Shown here piece after piece: positions 49,682 through 58,986 of a stretch of 64,000 nt of DNA. The stretch comes from Candidatus Multivoradales bacterium. Its GTDB lineage: Bacteria; Acidobacteriota; Thermoanaerobaculia; Multivoradales; J023. Both the position numbers and the translations under genes were made by a program. Positions within the stretch are counted from its first letter, which is position 1; every line of letters begins with the position of its first letter. Under the pieces are notes generated by a model, which was not told the DNA's origin, searched no databases, and saw only the letters and a program-made list of their open reading frames with translations. The DNA lies in assembly GCA_965248925.1 (NCBI GenBank), contig CBDFLE010000005.1, positions 832,001 through 896,000 on the forward strand. Reading direction: 5' to 3'.

Positions 49682-51136
49682 ATGAGCGCCTACCTTCCCC
49701 ACCGTCGCCGCCTGCGCAGTTCGTTGGCCTGTCTCGACACCGCCGGCTTGCTGCTTGCAGCTTGGCTGGCCCTGATATTGCGCTTTCCGGCAGAAACTCA
49801 AGCGGCGAAACTAAGCGAGCTGCTGTCACGCCCTGGGCTGCTGGCCTGGGCAGTGGTCAGCGCCTGGTTGTTGGCAATTGCCTCGGAGATTTTTGAGCCG
49901 GAGGTCTTACACCGCCGTTTCGAGGTCTTGATTCGCGCCTTGGTCACTGTCCTCGCCTGGGCGGTGTTGCTGGTCTTGGCCACCTACCTGCGACCGGGAT
50001 GGGCCTATGGCCGCGGCCTGCTGGCGCTGACCGCTAGCGGCTGGCTGATCCAGATGGTGGCGACCCGCTGGCTATTCTCCGCCTGGCTGCGCAAGCGCGC
50101 CAAGTTCCCCGCCCTGGTGGTCGGCGAAGCAGTCGCGGTGCGACGCTTCTGCACCGAATTGATGGCGCGTCCTTCGGCCCCCTGGCTGCCGGTCGACGCG
50201 GCAAATCTGGAGTTCGCCGACCTGCAACGGGAGATCAACCGCCAAGCCGCTAGCCTAGTTGTGCTGGCACCGGGCGACGAGCATGCCTTGGAGATGGAGG
50301 CCAGCCTCTCGGCCTTGCATTTCTCCGGCGTGCCGGTGACCGCCGCTTCGGAGGTCTGGGCCTGGTTGGAGGAACGCCTGCCGCTCGAAGCGCTGACCCC
50401 GGCGTTTTTTCTCCACCAGCCGGGATTCGGCGCCGTGCATTGGGAGCTGTTCAATCGCGTCACCCGCATTCTCGACCTATTGTTGGCCAGCCTGCTAATG
50501 GTTGTATCGCTGCCGATTTTTGCGGTTGCCGCGCTACTGTTGTTAATCACCGACGGCCGGCCGGTGCTCTACCGTCAGCAGCGGGTGGGGCAGTTCGGCC
50601 GCCGTTTTACCTTGCTCAAGCTTCGCACCATGCGCACTGATGCCGAACGCCACGGCCCAGAATTCGCCAGCCGACGCGATCCGCGAACCACCGCCATCGG
50701 CAGTGTGCTGCGCCGCTTTCGCATCGATGAATTGCCGCAGCTCCTGAATGTGGTCAAGGGAGAGATGTCCTTGGTCGGCCCCCGCCCCGAACGTCCTGAG
50801 TTTATCGAGCAACTGAGCCACCAGATCCCGTACTACGCCTTCCGCCTCGCCGTCCCGCCGGGTCTCTCTGGCTGGGCACAGATCAACACCGCCTATGCTA
50901 GAGATCTTGAGGATCATCGCCGCAAGCTCGAGTTTGATCTCTATTTCATTCGCGAGCGCTCGCTGCGGCTCTACCTGCTGACCCTGCTGCGCACCATCAG
51001 CGCCGCCTTGACTGGCGGCCGCACCGGCATAGTGCTCGAACAACCCCCGCATCTCCGGCGGCGGGTCACGGCCACGGGTTTCACCGCGCCCGCCGCCACT
51101 ACCCGGCGCGCGAACGAAGTGGGGTTCGACGGCTGA
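49682..51136 (+). CDS. Polyprenyl glycosylphosphotransferase (bacterial sugar transferase)
   Basis: KLRTM, RIDELPQL.NV..GEMSLVGPRPE and PGLSGWAQ motifs. Confidence 0.93.
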   Translation: MSAYLPHRRRLRSSLACLDTAGLLLAAWLALILRFPAETQAAKLSELLSRPGLLAWAVVSAWLLAIASEIFEPEVLHRRFEVLIRALVTVLAWAVLLVLATYLRPGWAYGRGLLALTASGWLIQMVATRWLFSAWLRKRAKFPALVVGEAVAVRRFCTELMARPSAPWLPVDAANLEFADLQREINRQAASLVVLAPGDEHALEMEASLSALHFSGVPVTAASEVWAWLEERLPLEALTPAFFLHQPGFGAVHWELFNRVTRILDLLLASLLMVVSLPIFAVAALLLLITDGRPVLYRQQRVGQFGRRFTLLKLRTMRTDAERHGPEFASRRDPRTTAIGSVLRRFRIDELPQLLNVVKGEMSLVGPRPERPEFIEQLSHQIPYYAFRLAVPPGLSGWAQINTAYARDLEDHRRKLEFDLYFIRERSLRLYLLTLLRTISAALTGGRTGIVLEQPPHLRRRVTATGFTAPAATTRRANEVGFDG

Positions 51137-51244
51137 TCCGGACGTAGAGCAAATAGCCCTCATCGCCACCCGACAAGCCCCGCCAGACCTTCGTGGACCG
51201 CGTCCGGCTGGATAACCGCCGCCGCAGCTGACTCCTTCCTAGAT

Positions 51245-52516
51245 CACTGCTGTCCCGCTAACTTCACAAAAAAATAGGCTCAGAACCTCCCGGTATTGAT
51301 AGAATCAGTCAACGCTAAACAACTGATTCGAAGGGAGATCTGAACCTTAGCACACCATAGCACTGTCTTCGCCCAGCTGCTACAACTGATTTCGAGACAT
51401 GAATTCGAGGCCCTCGCAAAACGCCACCTCGCCGGTCGCCAGTTCCGCACTGCGAGCCGCTGGTCGCAGCTGGTGGCTCTGATGATGGCCCAGCTGTCCG
51501 GGCGTTCTAGCTTGCGCGACATCGTTGACAATCTGCGAGCGCAGCGTCATAAGCTCTACCATCTCGGCTGCCGAGTCCTGTCGCGATCTAACTTGGCACG
51601 GATCAACGAAGAGAAGCCTATCTCCTTTTTGAAGAGCTATTTGGGAGACTTCTGGGGCATGCTCAGGCAGTGGCGCCCAAGCATACGTTCCGGTTCAAGA
51701 ACCGCTTGTTCTCGCTTGACGCCTCGGTGATAGACCTTTGTCTGTCGATCTTCCCGTGGGCGAAGTTTCGTACGACCAAGGGAGCGATCAAGCTGCATGT
51801 GGGGTTGAATCACAGTGGCTACTTGCCTGCATTCGTTGCGATCTCGGATGGAAAAACAGGTGACATAGCGGGCTGCAAAAGCCTGGCGCTGCCACGAGGA
51901 AGCATCGTAGCTTGTGATCGTGGTTACAACAGCTACAGCTGGTTTCGTCAGCTGAGCGAGAAGGGTCTTTTCTTTGTGACTCGTCTGAAGCGCGGGGCCA
52001 AGTACCGCGTGACCGAGCGTCGAAAAGTCAATCGTTCCAAGGGTTTGATGAGCGACCAAACGATCGAGTGGACCGGTGTGAAGGCGTGTCGTGACTGTCC
52101 GATGCCTTTGCGGAGAGTAGGCTATCGCGACCCCGAGACCGGCAAGATCTACTATTTCTTGACGAACCTGTTCCGCCTGTCACCTCAGACCATTGCCGAG
52201 ATCTACCACGAACGTTGGCAAATTGAACTCTTCTTCAAGTGGATCAAGCAGAATCTGAAGATCAAGACTTTCGTCGGCACCAGCCGCAACGCCGTGCTGA
52301 CTCAGCTTTGGATTGCCATGTGCGTCTACCTCTTACTCGCTTTCATCAAGCACAAGCACCGTCTTTCCAGTAGTTTACAAGAGGCATTGCGCCTCCTTCA
52401 ATTGAACCTCTTTCAGCGCCGCGACCTCATGGCCCTCATGAGACGAGAGCCGCTGCGGATCCCAGGACTAGATGAAAGACAACTGGTAATCGTCGGAAGT
52501 TAACGGGACAGCAGTG
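51245..52516 (+). mobile_element. IS4-family insertion sequence
   Basis: IRs cactgctgtcccgctaacttc / gaagttaacgggacagcagtg (20/21); no flanking duplication. Confidence 0.9.
51347..52503 (+). pseudogene. IS4 transposase (DUF4372 plus DDE), frameshifted
   Basis: AHHSTVFAQLL... begins at TTA (not a start codon). Frame change near 51617 (KP|YLLFEELFG). DRGY and Y..RWQIELFFKWIKQ motifs. Confidence 0.85.
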
Positions 52517-53434
52517 CTGTTTCTTGGGGTTCCGGTGTGGTCCGGGGAGCGCATCGGTGTCGATCACGACCGCGATGGTTGGTTTGATGGCGACGAAATG
52601 GCCGCCGGTAGCGACCCGACTGACCCAGACTCCAACAATGATGGCTTCTGGGACCTCTGCGACTGCACCGCGCCGCCTCCGGGCTGCGCCGGTCAACCTA
52701 CCCCCCAAGTAATCCTCAGTTCGGTGAAGGGCTGGCTGGTGACCACCAATGTGTTCAAGCTCACCTATGAGACCGACGGCCTGTCATCCACCCGAATCGA
52801 ATTCGGTCCCGACTCGAACTACGGCTTCTTCTCTGGCGAGTCGCAGCCGTTGCCGGCCGGCAGCAACCATTGGAAGACCCGCCACACCGTTTTCCTAAGA
52901 CTCGACTCAACCCAGGGGCTTCTTGGCCTAGACGACGGCTCCTTCTTTGCGATCCAGATCCTCACCGAGGGACAGAACGGCAGCAGCGGCCAGAGTGGCA
53001 ACATCACCCTGGTCGATTCGGCGATCGGGCCGATTCCGATCTTCACCGTCGCCGACAACTCCGATCCCAACATCCGAGTTGGCGACTTGGTGGTCACCGC
53101 ACAGCGCAATGGCGCCATGGCCGACTACACCGCGGTGGTGACGATTATCGACAACGACGGCGTCGTCCAGCAAGGCATCGAAGTCGCAGGCAGGTACACC
53201 TACTTCGACAGCTTGGGCAACATCACCCAGGAATTCCCGGCCCTGGCGATCACCGACCTGGCTGGCCAAGTGACCCTCCCTGGCAGCGCCCTGCAGTCAG
53301 TCGGCGACCGTACTGTTTTCGACCTGCCGATGTCCATCAACGGTGGTTCCAGCGTCAAGGATCCGGCCGTCGCGTTGAAGAAGTTCTTCGCCTGGCCCGA
53401 GGGACCCAGCAACTGGGAACTCACCGCGCCCTGA
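52517..53434 (+). pseudogene. 3' remnant of a large secreted protein, truncated at the IS4 end
   Basis: Frame begins at the IR with GVPVWSGERIGVDHDRDGWFDGDE (Ca-binding-like DxDxDG); no start or signal peptide of its own. Confidence 0.65.
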
Positions 53435-53590
53435 AGCACCGGTGAGCTACCTTAGCGGCGGGCGATGCACCCTTGGGTGCCACGAAAAGGAATACCTCCG
53501 CGTCACTCTCGGTCTCTTGGCAGAAACCAGGTGTCCCCTGCGGCTCAGGGCTGCGCAGGCACAGCGTCCCGCCTGCTAAGCTCCGCGGCC

Positions 53591-54301
53591 ATGGATATGA
53601 ACGCCCCTGATCTGGCCCTTGGCCTGGTTTGGTTTATCGTCTTCTTGTTCTCCACCACCCTGCACGAGGCGGCGCATGCCTGGAGCGCCTTGCGGCTGGG
53701 AGATCCCACCGCTTACCACGGCGGCCAGGTGACTCTGAACCCGCTGCCACACATTCGCCGCGAGCCCTTCGGCATGGTGCTGGTGCCGATCCTGACTTAC
53801 GTCATGTCCGGCTGGGCGATGGGTTGGGCGAGTGCCCCCTACGATCCGGAATGGGCGGAGCGCTATCCCAAACGCGCGGCGCTGATGGCCTTGGCCGGGC
53901 CGCTGTCGAATCTCAGTCTGGTGTTCTTTTCGGCCCTGGCGATCCGCGTCGGCATCGCCACCGGTGCCTTCTACGCCCCCGATTCAGTGATGTTCTCGCA
54001 GATCACCGCCAGTACCGAGCCCGGCGCGCTGGCCGCCGTGGCCACCTTGCTCAGCGTGGTGTTCTCCCTCAACATGATTCTCTTCACCTTCAATTTGCTA
54101 CCTCTACCTCCCCTCGATGGCAGCGCCATCTTGCCACTGGCGATGAGCCACGAAACGGCGACGCGCTGGCGCAGCTTCATCAGCCAACCCTCGATGTCGC
54201 TGCTCGGCATCATCATCGCTTGGAAGATCTTTGGTGCGGTCTACGGCCCGCTCCACCTGCTGGCGATTAACCTGCTCTATCCCGGCTTGCAGTACGGCTA
54301 G
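53591..54301 (+). CDS. Site-2 protease (M50) family
   Basis: HEAAH, AGPLSN and FNLLPLPPLDG motifs. Confidence 0.93.
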   Translation: MDMNAPDLALGLVWFIVFLFSTTLHEAAHAWSALRLGDPTAYHGGQVTLNPLPHIRREPFGMVLVPILTYVMSGWAMGWASAPYDPEWAERYPKRAALMALAGPLSNLSLVFFSALAIRVGIATGAFYAPDSVMFSQITASTEPGALAAVATLLSVVFSLNMILFTFNLLPLPPLDGSAILPLAMSHETATRWRSFISQPSMSLLGIIIAWKIFGAVYGPLHLLAINLLYPGLQYG

Positions 54302-56403
54302 TGGCTTCGCCGTCGACGACCGCGAGCCTCGGGGCAGCTGCGACCACACATGGCGGCATGGCCCTTCGCCGTCAGCGGCTAGCCCTCGGTGGGCTGTTTG
54401 TCGCCGCGTTCCTCCTCCGCCTGCTCTATCTGCTGGAAGCGCGCTCTCTACCCCTCTTTCATCACCTGATCTCCGATGGCCGTGCCTACGTCGCCTGGGC
54501 CGACGCGATTCGCGCCGGAGATCTGTGGAGTAGCGGCCAGCAGGTGTTTTACCAAGCGCCCCTCTACGCCTATACGCTGGCGGCAATCCGCACTTTGTTT
54601 GGCGACAGCCTGTGGGCGATTCGACTCTGCCAGGCAGCGGCCGGGGCGGTGGCTTGTGTCTTGCTGGTGATCGCCGGTCGCCGCTGGTTTGATCGGCAGA
54701 CCGGTTGGATCGCCGGCATTGCTCTGGCTCTCTATGCGCCAGCGATCTTCTTCGATGGAGTGATCAATAAGGCTAGCTTGGCGCTGCTGGCCTCGGTCGT
54801 AGTCATCAGCCTAATGGGCCATTTCAGCGGCACGCCACGGCCCAACACTTGGGCCGCAGCAGGCCTGGCGCTGGGCTGGTTGATTCTTCTGCGCGAGAAT
54901 GCCTTGTTGCTGGTGCCGGTGTTTTGGCTGTGGCTGTGGACCGGGCCGGACGCCGACAACCGCGGCTGGCGCCACCATCGTGGCCGTTGCGCGCTGCTCT
55001 TGGCCACCGGATTAGCCGTTGTTTTGCTGCCGGTCGCGGTGCGCAACCTGGTGATCGGCGGCACCTTCACCCTGACTACCGTGCAAGCGGGACCGAACCT
55101 GTGGATCGGCAACAACCCTCAAGCAGAAGGCACTTACCGCCCTCTGGTGACTGGGCGCAGCGACACCCCCTTCGAACGCGCCGACGCCGTGCGGCTGGCC
55201 GAACAAGCCCTTGGCCGTGAGCTGTCGCCACGGCAGGTCTCACGCTATTGGACATCTCGCGCCTGGGACTTCGCCCGCGCCGAGCCCGTCGCTTGGCTGC
55301 GCTTGACCGGCCGCAAACTACTGATGGTGCTGCATCGCTAAGAGCAGCCCGACGGCGAGGATCTCACCCTCTACGCCAGCCGTAGCCGGCTGCTCCGCTG
55401 GCTCGGTTGGGTTGGCCACTACGGCGTGGTCATACCGCTGGCGGTGGTCGGTTGGATGGTTTGTTGGCCGCGATGGCGGCGCCTCTGGCCCCTCGGTCTC
55501 ACTACCCTGGTGCTGCTCGGCAGCGTCGCCCTATTCTTTGTCTTTGCCCGTTATCGTCACCCGGCCCTACCTCCGTTACTGCTCTTCGCCGCTGCTGGGG
55601 TTACTGGTCTCGGACCAGCCTGGCGGCAATCCCGCCGCCGTGTCGCGGCCGCGCTGGCCGCCGGCATGGTGGCAGCAGTGCTGGCCAACGCACCCTTCGA
55701 CTTTGGCCAACGCCGCAATGGCGCCATGGCGAAGAACAATCTCGGCACCGCCCTAGCGGCGGAGAGTCGTTGGCCGGAAGCGGCGGCGGCCTACCGCGAC
55801 GCCCTGGCCATCGACCCCGAGCTGCTGGAAGGGCACCTCAACCTGGGAAGTACTCTACTTGCCATGGGTCAGAATGATGCCGCGATAGAGCATCTCGAGG
55901 TCGCCTACCGCCGGTCAACCAACGACGCCGATGTTGCCCACCAGTTAGGCGCCGCCCTCGCCCAACGCGGCGATTTGGCGCGGGCAGAACCGGTACTTCG
56001 CCAGGCCCTCGCCCTGCGCCCAGCTTCTGTGCCAGCAGTGCTCGACCTCAGCTGGGTACTCCGCGGTCGAAATGAACTCGACAGAGCGCTGCAAGTAGTT
56101 CGCCAAGGGCTGCAACTAAATCCAGGCGAAGCCTCCTTGGCCCTGCGCTTGGCAGCACTTTTATTGCAACGGCCAGAACGCTCCGCCGAAGACCTCAAGC
56201 AAGCTATCCGCCTGGGCCTGGCGGGGTGCGCGGCCACCGGCTACCGCAACCGCGATGCACTGCGCATCACCCACGCCGCTTTGGTCGCCGCCGACCGCGG
56301 TGAGCGGGCAAGAGAGCTGGCGCAACAAGCCCTCGACATCGCCATCTCCAACGGAGATAGAGCATCGGCCGAAGAGCTGCGGCAAGTGCTCGAGTCCTTT
56401 TGA
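54301..56403 (+). pseudogene. GT-C (PMT/ArnT-like) glycosyltransferase with C-terminal TPRs, in-frame TAA at 55339
   Basis: ORFs 54301-55341 and 55426-56403 share a frame and are separated by a single TAA. FYQAPLY and NLWIGNNP motifs; TPRs. Confidence 0.85.
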
Positions 56404-56607
56404 TCCAGCAGATAATAGCTTCACTGAACAAGTGAACGAAGTGCATGAATGTGTTAGGGTACGCTCACAGTTAAGCAAAATTTGGACCCGCCTGGTCTGC
56501 GTTCAGTCGCCATCGGGCTCGAGCGAGGGAGTCTTGCTCCGGCTGGGTGTGCGGCTTTGGCGCCGAGGCTGAAACAGGAACTACTGTCGGACGACGACGG
56601 AGATGTA

Positions 56608-57264
56608 ATGAAGAAGACTTCTGTATTGGCGCTCGCAGCGCTAGCGATGTTGTGCCTCGCCGGCTGGGCACTGGCCGATCAGTTCACAACCGGTGACGCG
56701 GCGATCGCCATTCCTGACAACACTGGAACGGTAGTCACCTGCCAGAGCCTGACGGTGCCTGCCAGCTTGATCATCGCTGACACCCCTTCGGTGCGGATTC
56801 AGACTGACCACAGTTGGGTTGGCGATCTCACCTACGAGCTGCGCGGGCCGCTCAACACTCTCACCGTGGTCAACCGGCCCGGCCGCAATGGCGCCGGTGC
56901 TGGCGACTCGAGCGATTATGCGGCCGCCACCCCGCTGATGCTCGGCGCGATGGCTCCCTCGGGCGTCGATGCTGAAGAGATTGGTAACGACTCGGCCGCT
57001 GGGGACGCGGCCTGCGGCGGCGGTGATGCGATCGGCACCAACGACTGTACCGACAACTTCTTGCCCAACCCGGATGCCAGCGACAGCCCAGTAGCTGGTC
57101 TTGGCACCGACTTCAGCGACTTCACCGGCACTGACGCGGTCGGCGTGTGGATGCTCTGCGTTGGCGACTCAGCGGGTGGCGACACCGGCACCCTGGTCAG
57201 CTGGACCTTGGGCTTCAACAGCATGTCCGTACCGGTTGAGCTGCTGTCGTTCTCGGTCGAGTAG
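56608..57264 (+). CDS. Secreted acidic protein with proprotein-convertase P-domain-like fold
   Basis: Signal peptide MKKTSVLALAAL..ALA; AIPDN, HSWVGDL, GVW.LCVGD..GGDTGTL.SW.L; ends VPVELLSFSVE. Confidence 0.82.
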   Translation: MKKTSVLALAALAMLCLAGWALADQFTTGDAAIAIPDNTGTVVTCQSLTVPASLIIADTPSVRIQTDHSWVGDLTYELRGPLNTLTVVNRPGRNGAGAGDSSDYAAATPLMLGAMAPSGVDAEEIGNDSAAGDAACGGGDAIGTNDCTDNFLPNPDASDSPVAGLGTDFSDFTGTDAVGVWMLCVGDSAGGDTGTLVSWTLGFNSMSVPVELLSFSVE

Positions 57265-57295
57265 CACTAGCTAACGATCAGCACGCACTAGCAAG

Positions 57296-57327
57296 AGCAG
57301 CGTCCCGTACTAGCGGGCGCTGCTTTT
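57296..57327 (+). terminator. Rho-independent terminator
   Basis: agcagcgtcccg-tactag-cgggcgctgct followed by a T run. Confidence 0.7.
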
Positions 57328-57348
57328 GTGTTTCTATCAAAGAGAATC

Positions 57349-58986
57349 ATGAAGCGGATTGGCCCTTACTGCTGGCTCCTCGTCGCCCTGACCCCGCTGC
57401 TGGCCTGTGGCGGTGGCGCCACGCCGCGGCGAGCGGCGGCCGTCGACCTGCGTCCTTGGCCCGCACCCACACTCGCCCATCTCGAGCCCGGAGTTCGCGC
57501 GCAGCTCACCGAGATCCGCCAAGAGGTCACCGCTCTGCTTGCCGAGCTGCCGGCGACTGCTGCGGAGGGCGAACAGCGGCCGGCAGCTCGGCAAGCGGTA
57601 GGGGAAGCCTTCGCCAACCTCGCGCGCCACTATCACGCCTATGAGTTGTGGACCGCGGCTGAGCCAAGCTACGACAACGCCCTGCGGCTGCTGGGTCCCG
57701 ATCCGCGCTTGCACTACCAGCTCGGTCAGTTGCATCTGTCCCGCGGCTTGCCGGACCAGGCTGTCGTCGCCCTACGCCGCGCGATTGAACTCGACGCCAA
57801 CATCGCCATGGCCTGGGTCACTCTGGGCCGCGCCCTCGGTAAGGCCGGTCAGGGAGAAGAAGCGGCGGCGGCTCTCGATCGAGCACTCGACCTGCAACCC
57901 AGCGCCATGGCCCACTTCCTACGCGGGCGGGCAGCGACGGATGCTGAGCAGCCGGCGCTAGCCATCACCCACTTTCAGGCCGCCTTGCGGCTGCAGCCCG
58001 ACGCCTCGGCGATTCAACTGCCGTTGGCTCTGGCCTATCGCAGCCTCGGCGACCAGACCGCCGCAGAAGCCGCCGCGGCCCAACGCGGCGATCAGGTGGT
58101 GGTGGTCGACGATCCGTGGATGCTGGAAATTCAATCCCTGGCCAGCCATAGTTCCTCGGCTATCGCCAAAGGTACCACCAGCCTCCGCCGGGGCGATGGC
58201 AGGGCTGCTGCGGAACTTTTTCGCGAAGCCTTGCGCGACGATCCCCAGAGTGTTGCTGCTCAGGTTAACCTGGGCGCCGCACTGCTCCAACTAGGCCAGC
58301 TCGAAGAGGCGGCGGCCAGCACTCGCAAGGCCCTGGCCGCTGACTCACGCAACCCCAAAGCGCTCTATAATTTGGCTCAGATCGCGGTGCGCCGCGGCGA
58401 CGACAAGGTCGCGGTGGGCCATTATCGAGCAGCCCTAGAAACCGAGCCTGATCACTTCGATGGCCGCTTCAACTTGGCCAACGCCCTCTTGCGTCTGGGT
58501 CGCTTCGAAGACTGCGCCGTTGCCTATGGGTCCACCATCGAACTCATGCCGGAAAAGGCCGAAGCCTGGCTCGGAGAGGTGGTCTGTCTGACTCAGCTTG
58601 GCGATATGAGCGGCGCCCTACGACGCACCGCCGCGGGGCGATCCGTTGTGCAAGATGTTGCCTTGCTTGGCAATGCCGAAGCCCGACTGCTCGCCGCCGG
58701 CCCTGATCCAGAGCTGCGGGACGGCAACCGAGCGCTGGCCCTGGTTCGCCCGTTGATGGCGACCGATAGATCATCGGAATTGGCCGAGACCCTGGCCATG
58801 GCACTGGCTGAAACCGGGGACTTCAACGCTGCGATGAATTGGCAACGTCAGGCCATCGCGGCTGTTCGCCTGAGCCCTAGGCAGGATCTACTGCCCGGAC
58901 TCGAAGCCAACCTCGCACGTTACAAAGCCGGCCAACCCTGCCGCAAGCCATGGCGGGGCTCGGCCTTTGGGGGTCGTTGGAACTAG
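57349..58986 (+). CDS. TPR-repeat lipoprotein
   Basis: LLAC lipobox, multiple TPRs, LRDGNRAL..ETLAMALAETGDF tail. Confidence 0.88.
   Translation: MKRIGPYCWLLVALTPLLACGGGATPRRAAAVDLRPWPAPTLAHLEPGVRAQLTEIRQEVTALLAELPATAAEGEQRPAARQAVGEAFANLARHYHAYELWTAAEPSYDNALRLLGPDPRLHYQLGQLHLSRGLPDQAVVALRRAIELDANIAMAWVTLGRALGKAGQGEEAAAALDRALDLQPSAMAHFLRGRAATDAEQPALAITHFQAALRLQPDASAIQLPLALAYRSLGDQTAAEAAAAQRGDQVVVVDDPWMLEIQSLASHSSSAIAKGTTSLRRGDGRAAAELFREALRDDPQSVAAQVNLGAALLQLGQLEEAAASTRKALAADSRNPKALYNLAQIAVRRGDDKVAVGHYRAALETEPDHFDGRFNLANALLRLGRFEDCAVAYGSTIELMPEKAEAWLGEVVCLTQLGDMSGALRRTAAGRSVVQDVALLGNAEARLLAAGPDPELRDGNRALALVRPLMATDRSSELAETLAMALAETGDFNAAMNWQRQAIAAVRLSPRQDLLPGLEANLARYKAGQPCRKPWRGSAFGGRWN

Noticed and set aside
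55339-55341. Selenocysteine or pyrrolysine recoding
   Set aside because: The codon is TAA, not TGA or TAG.
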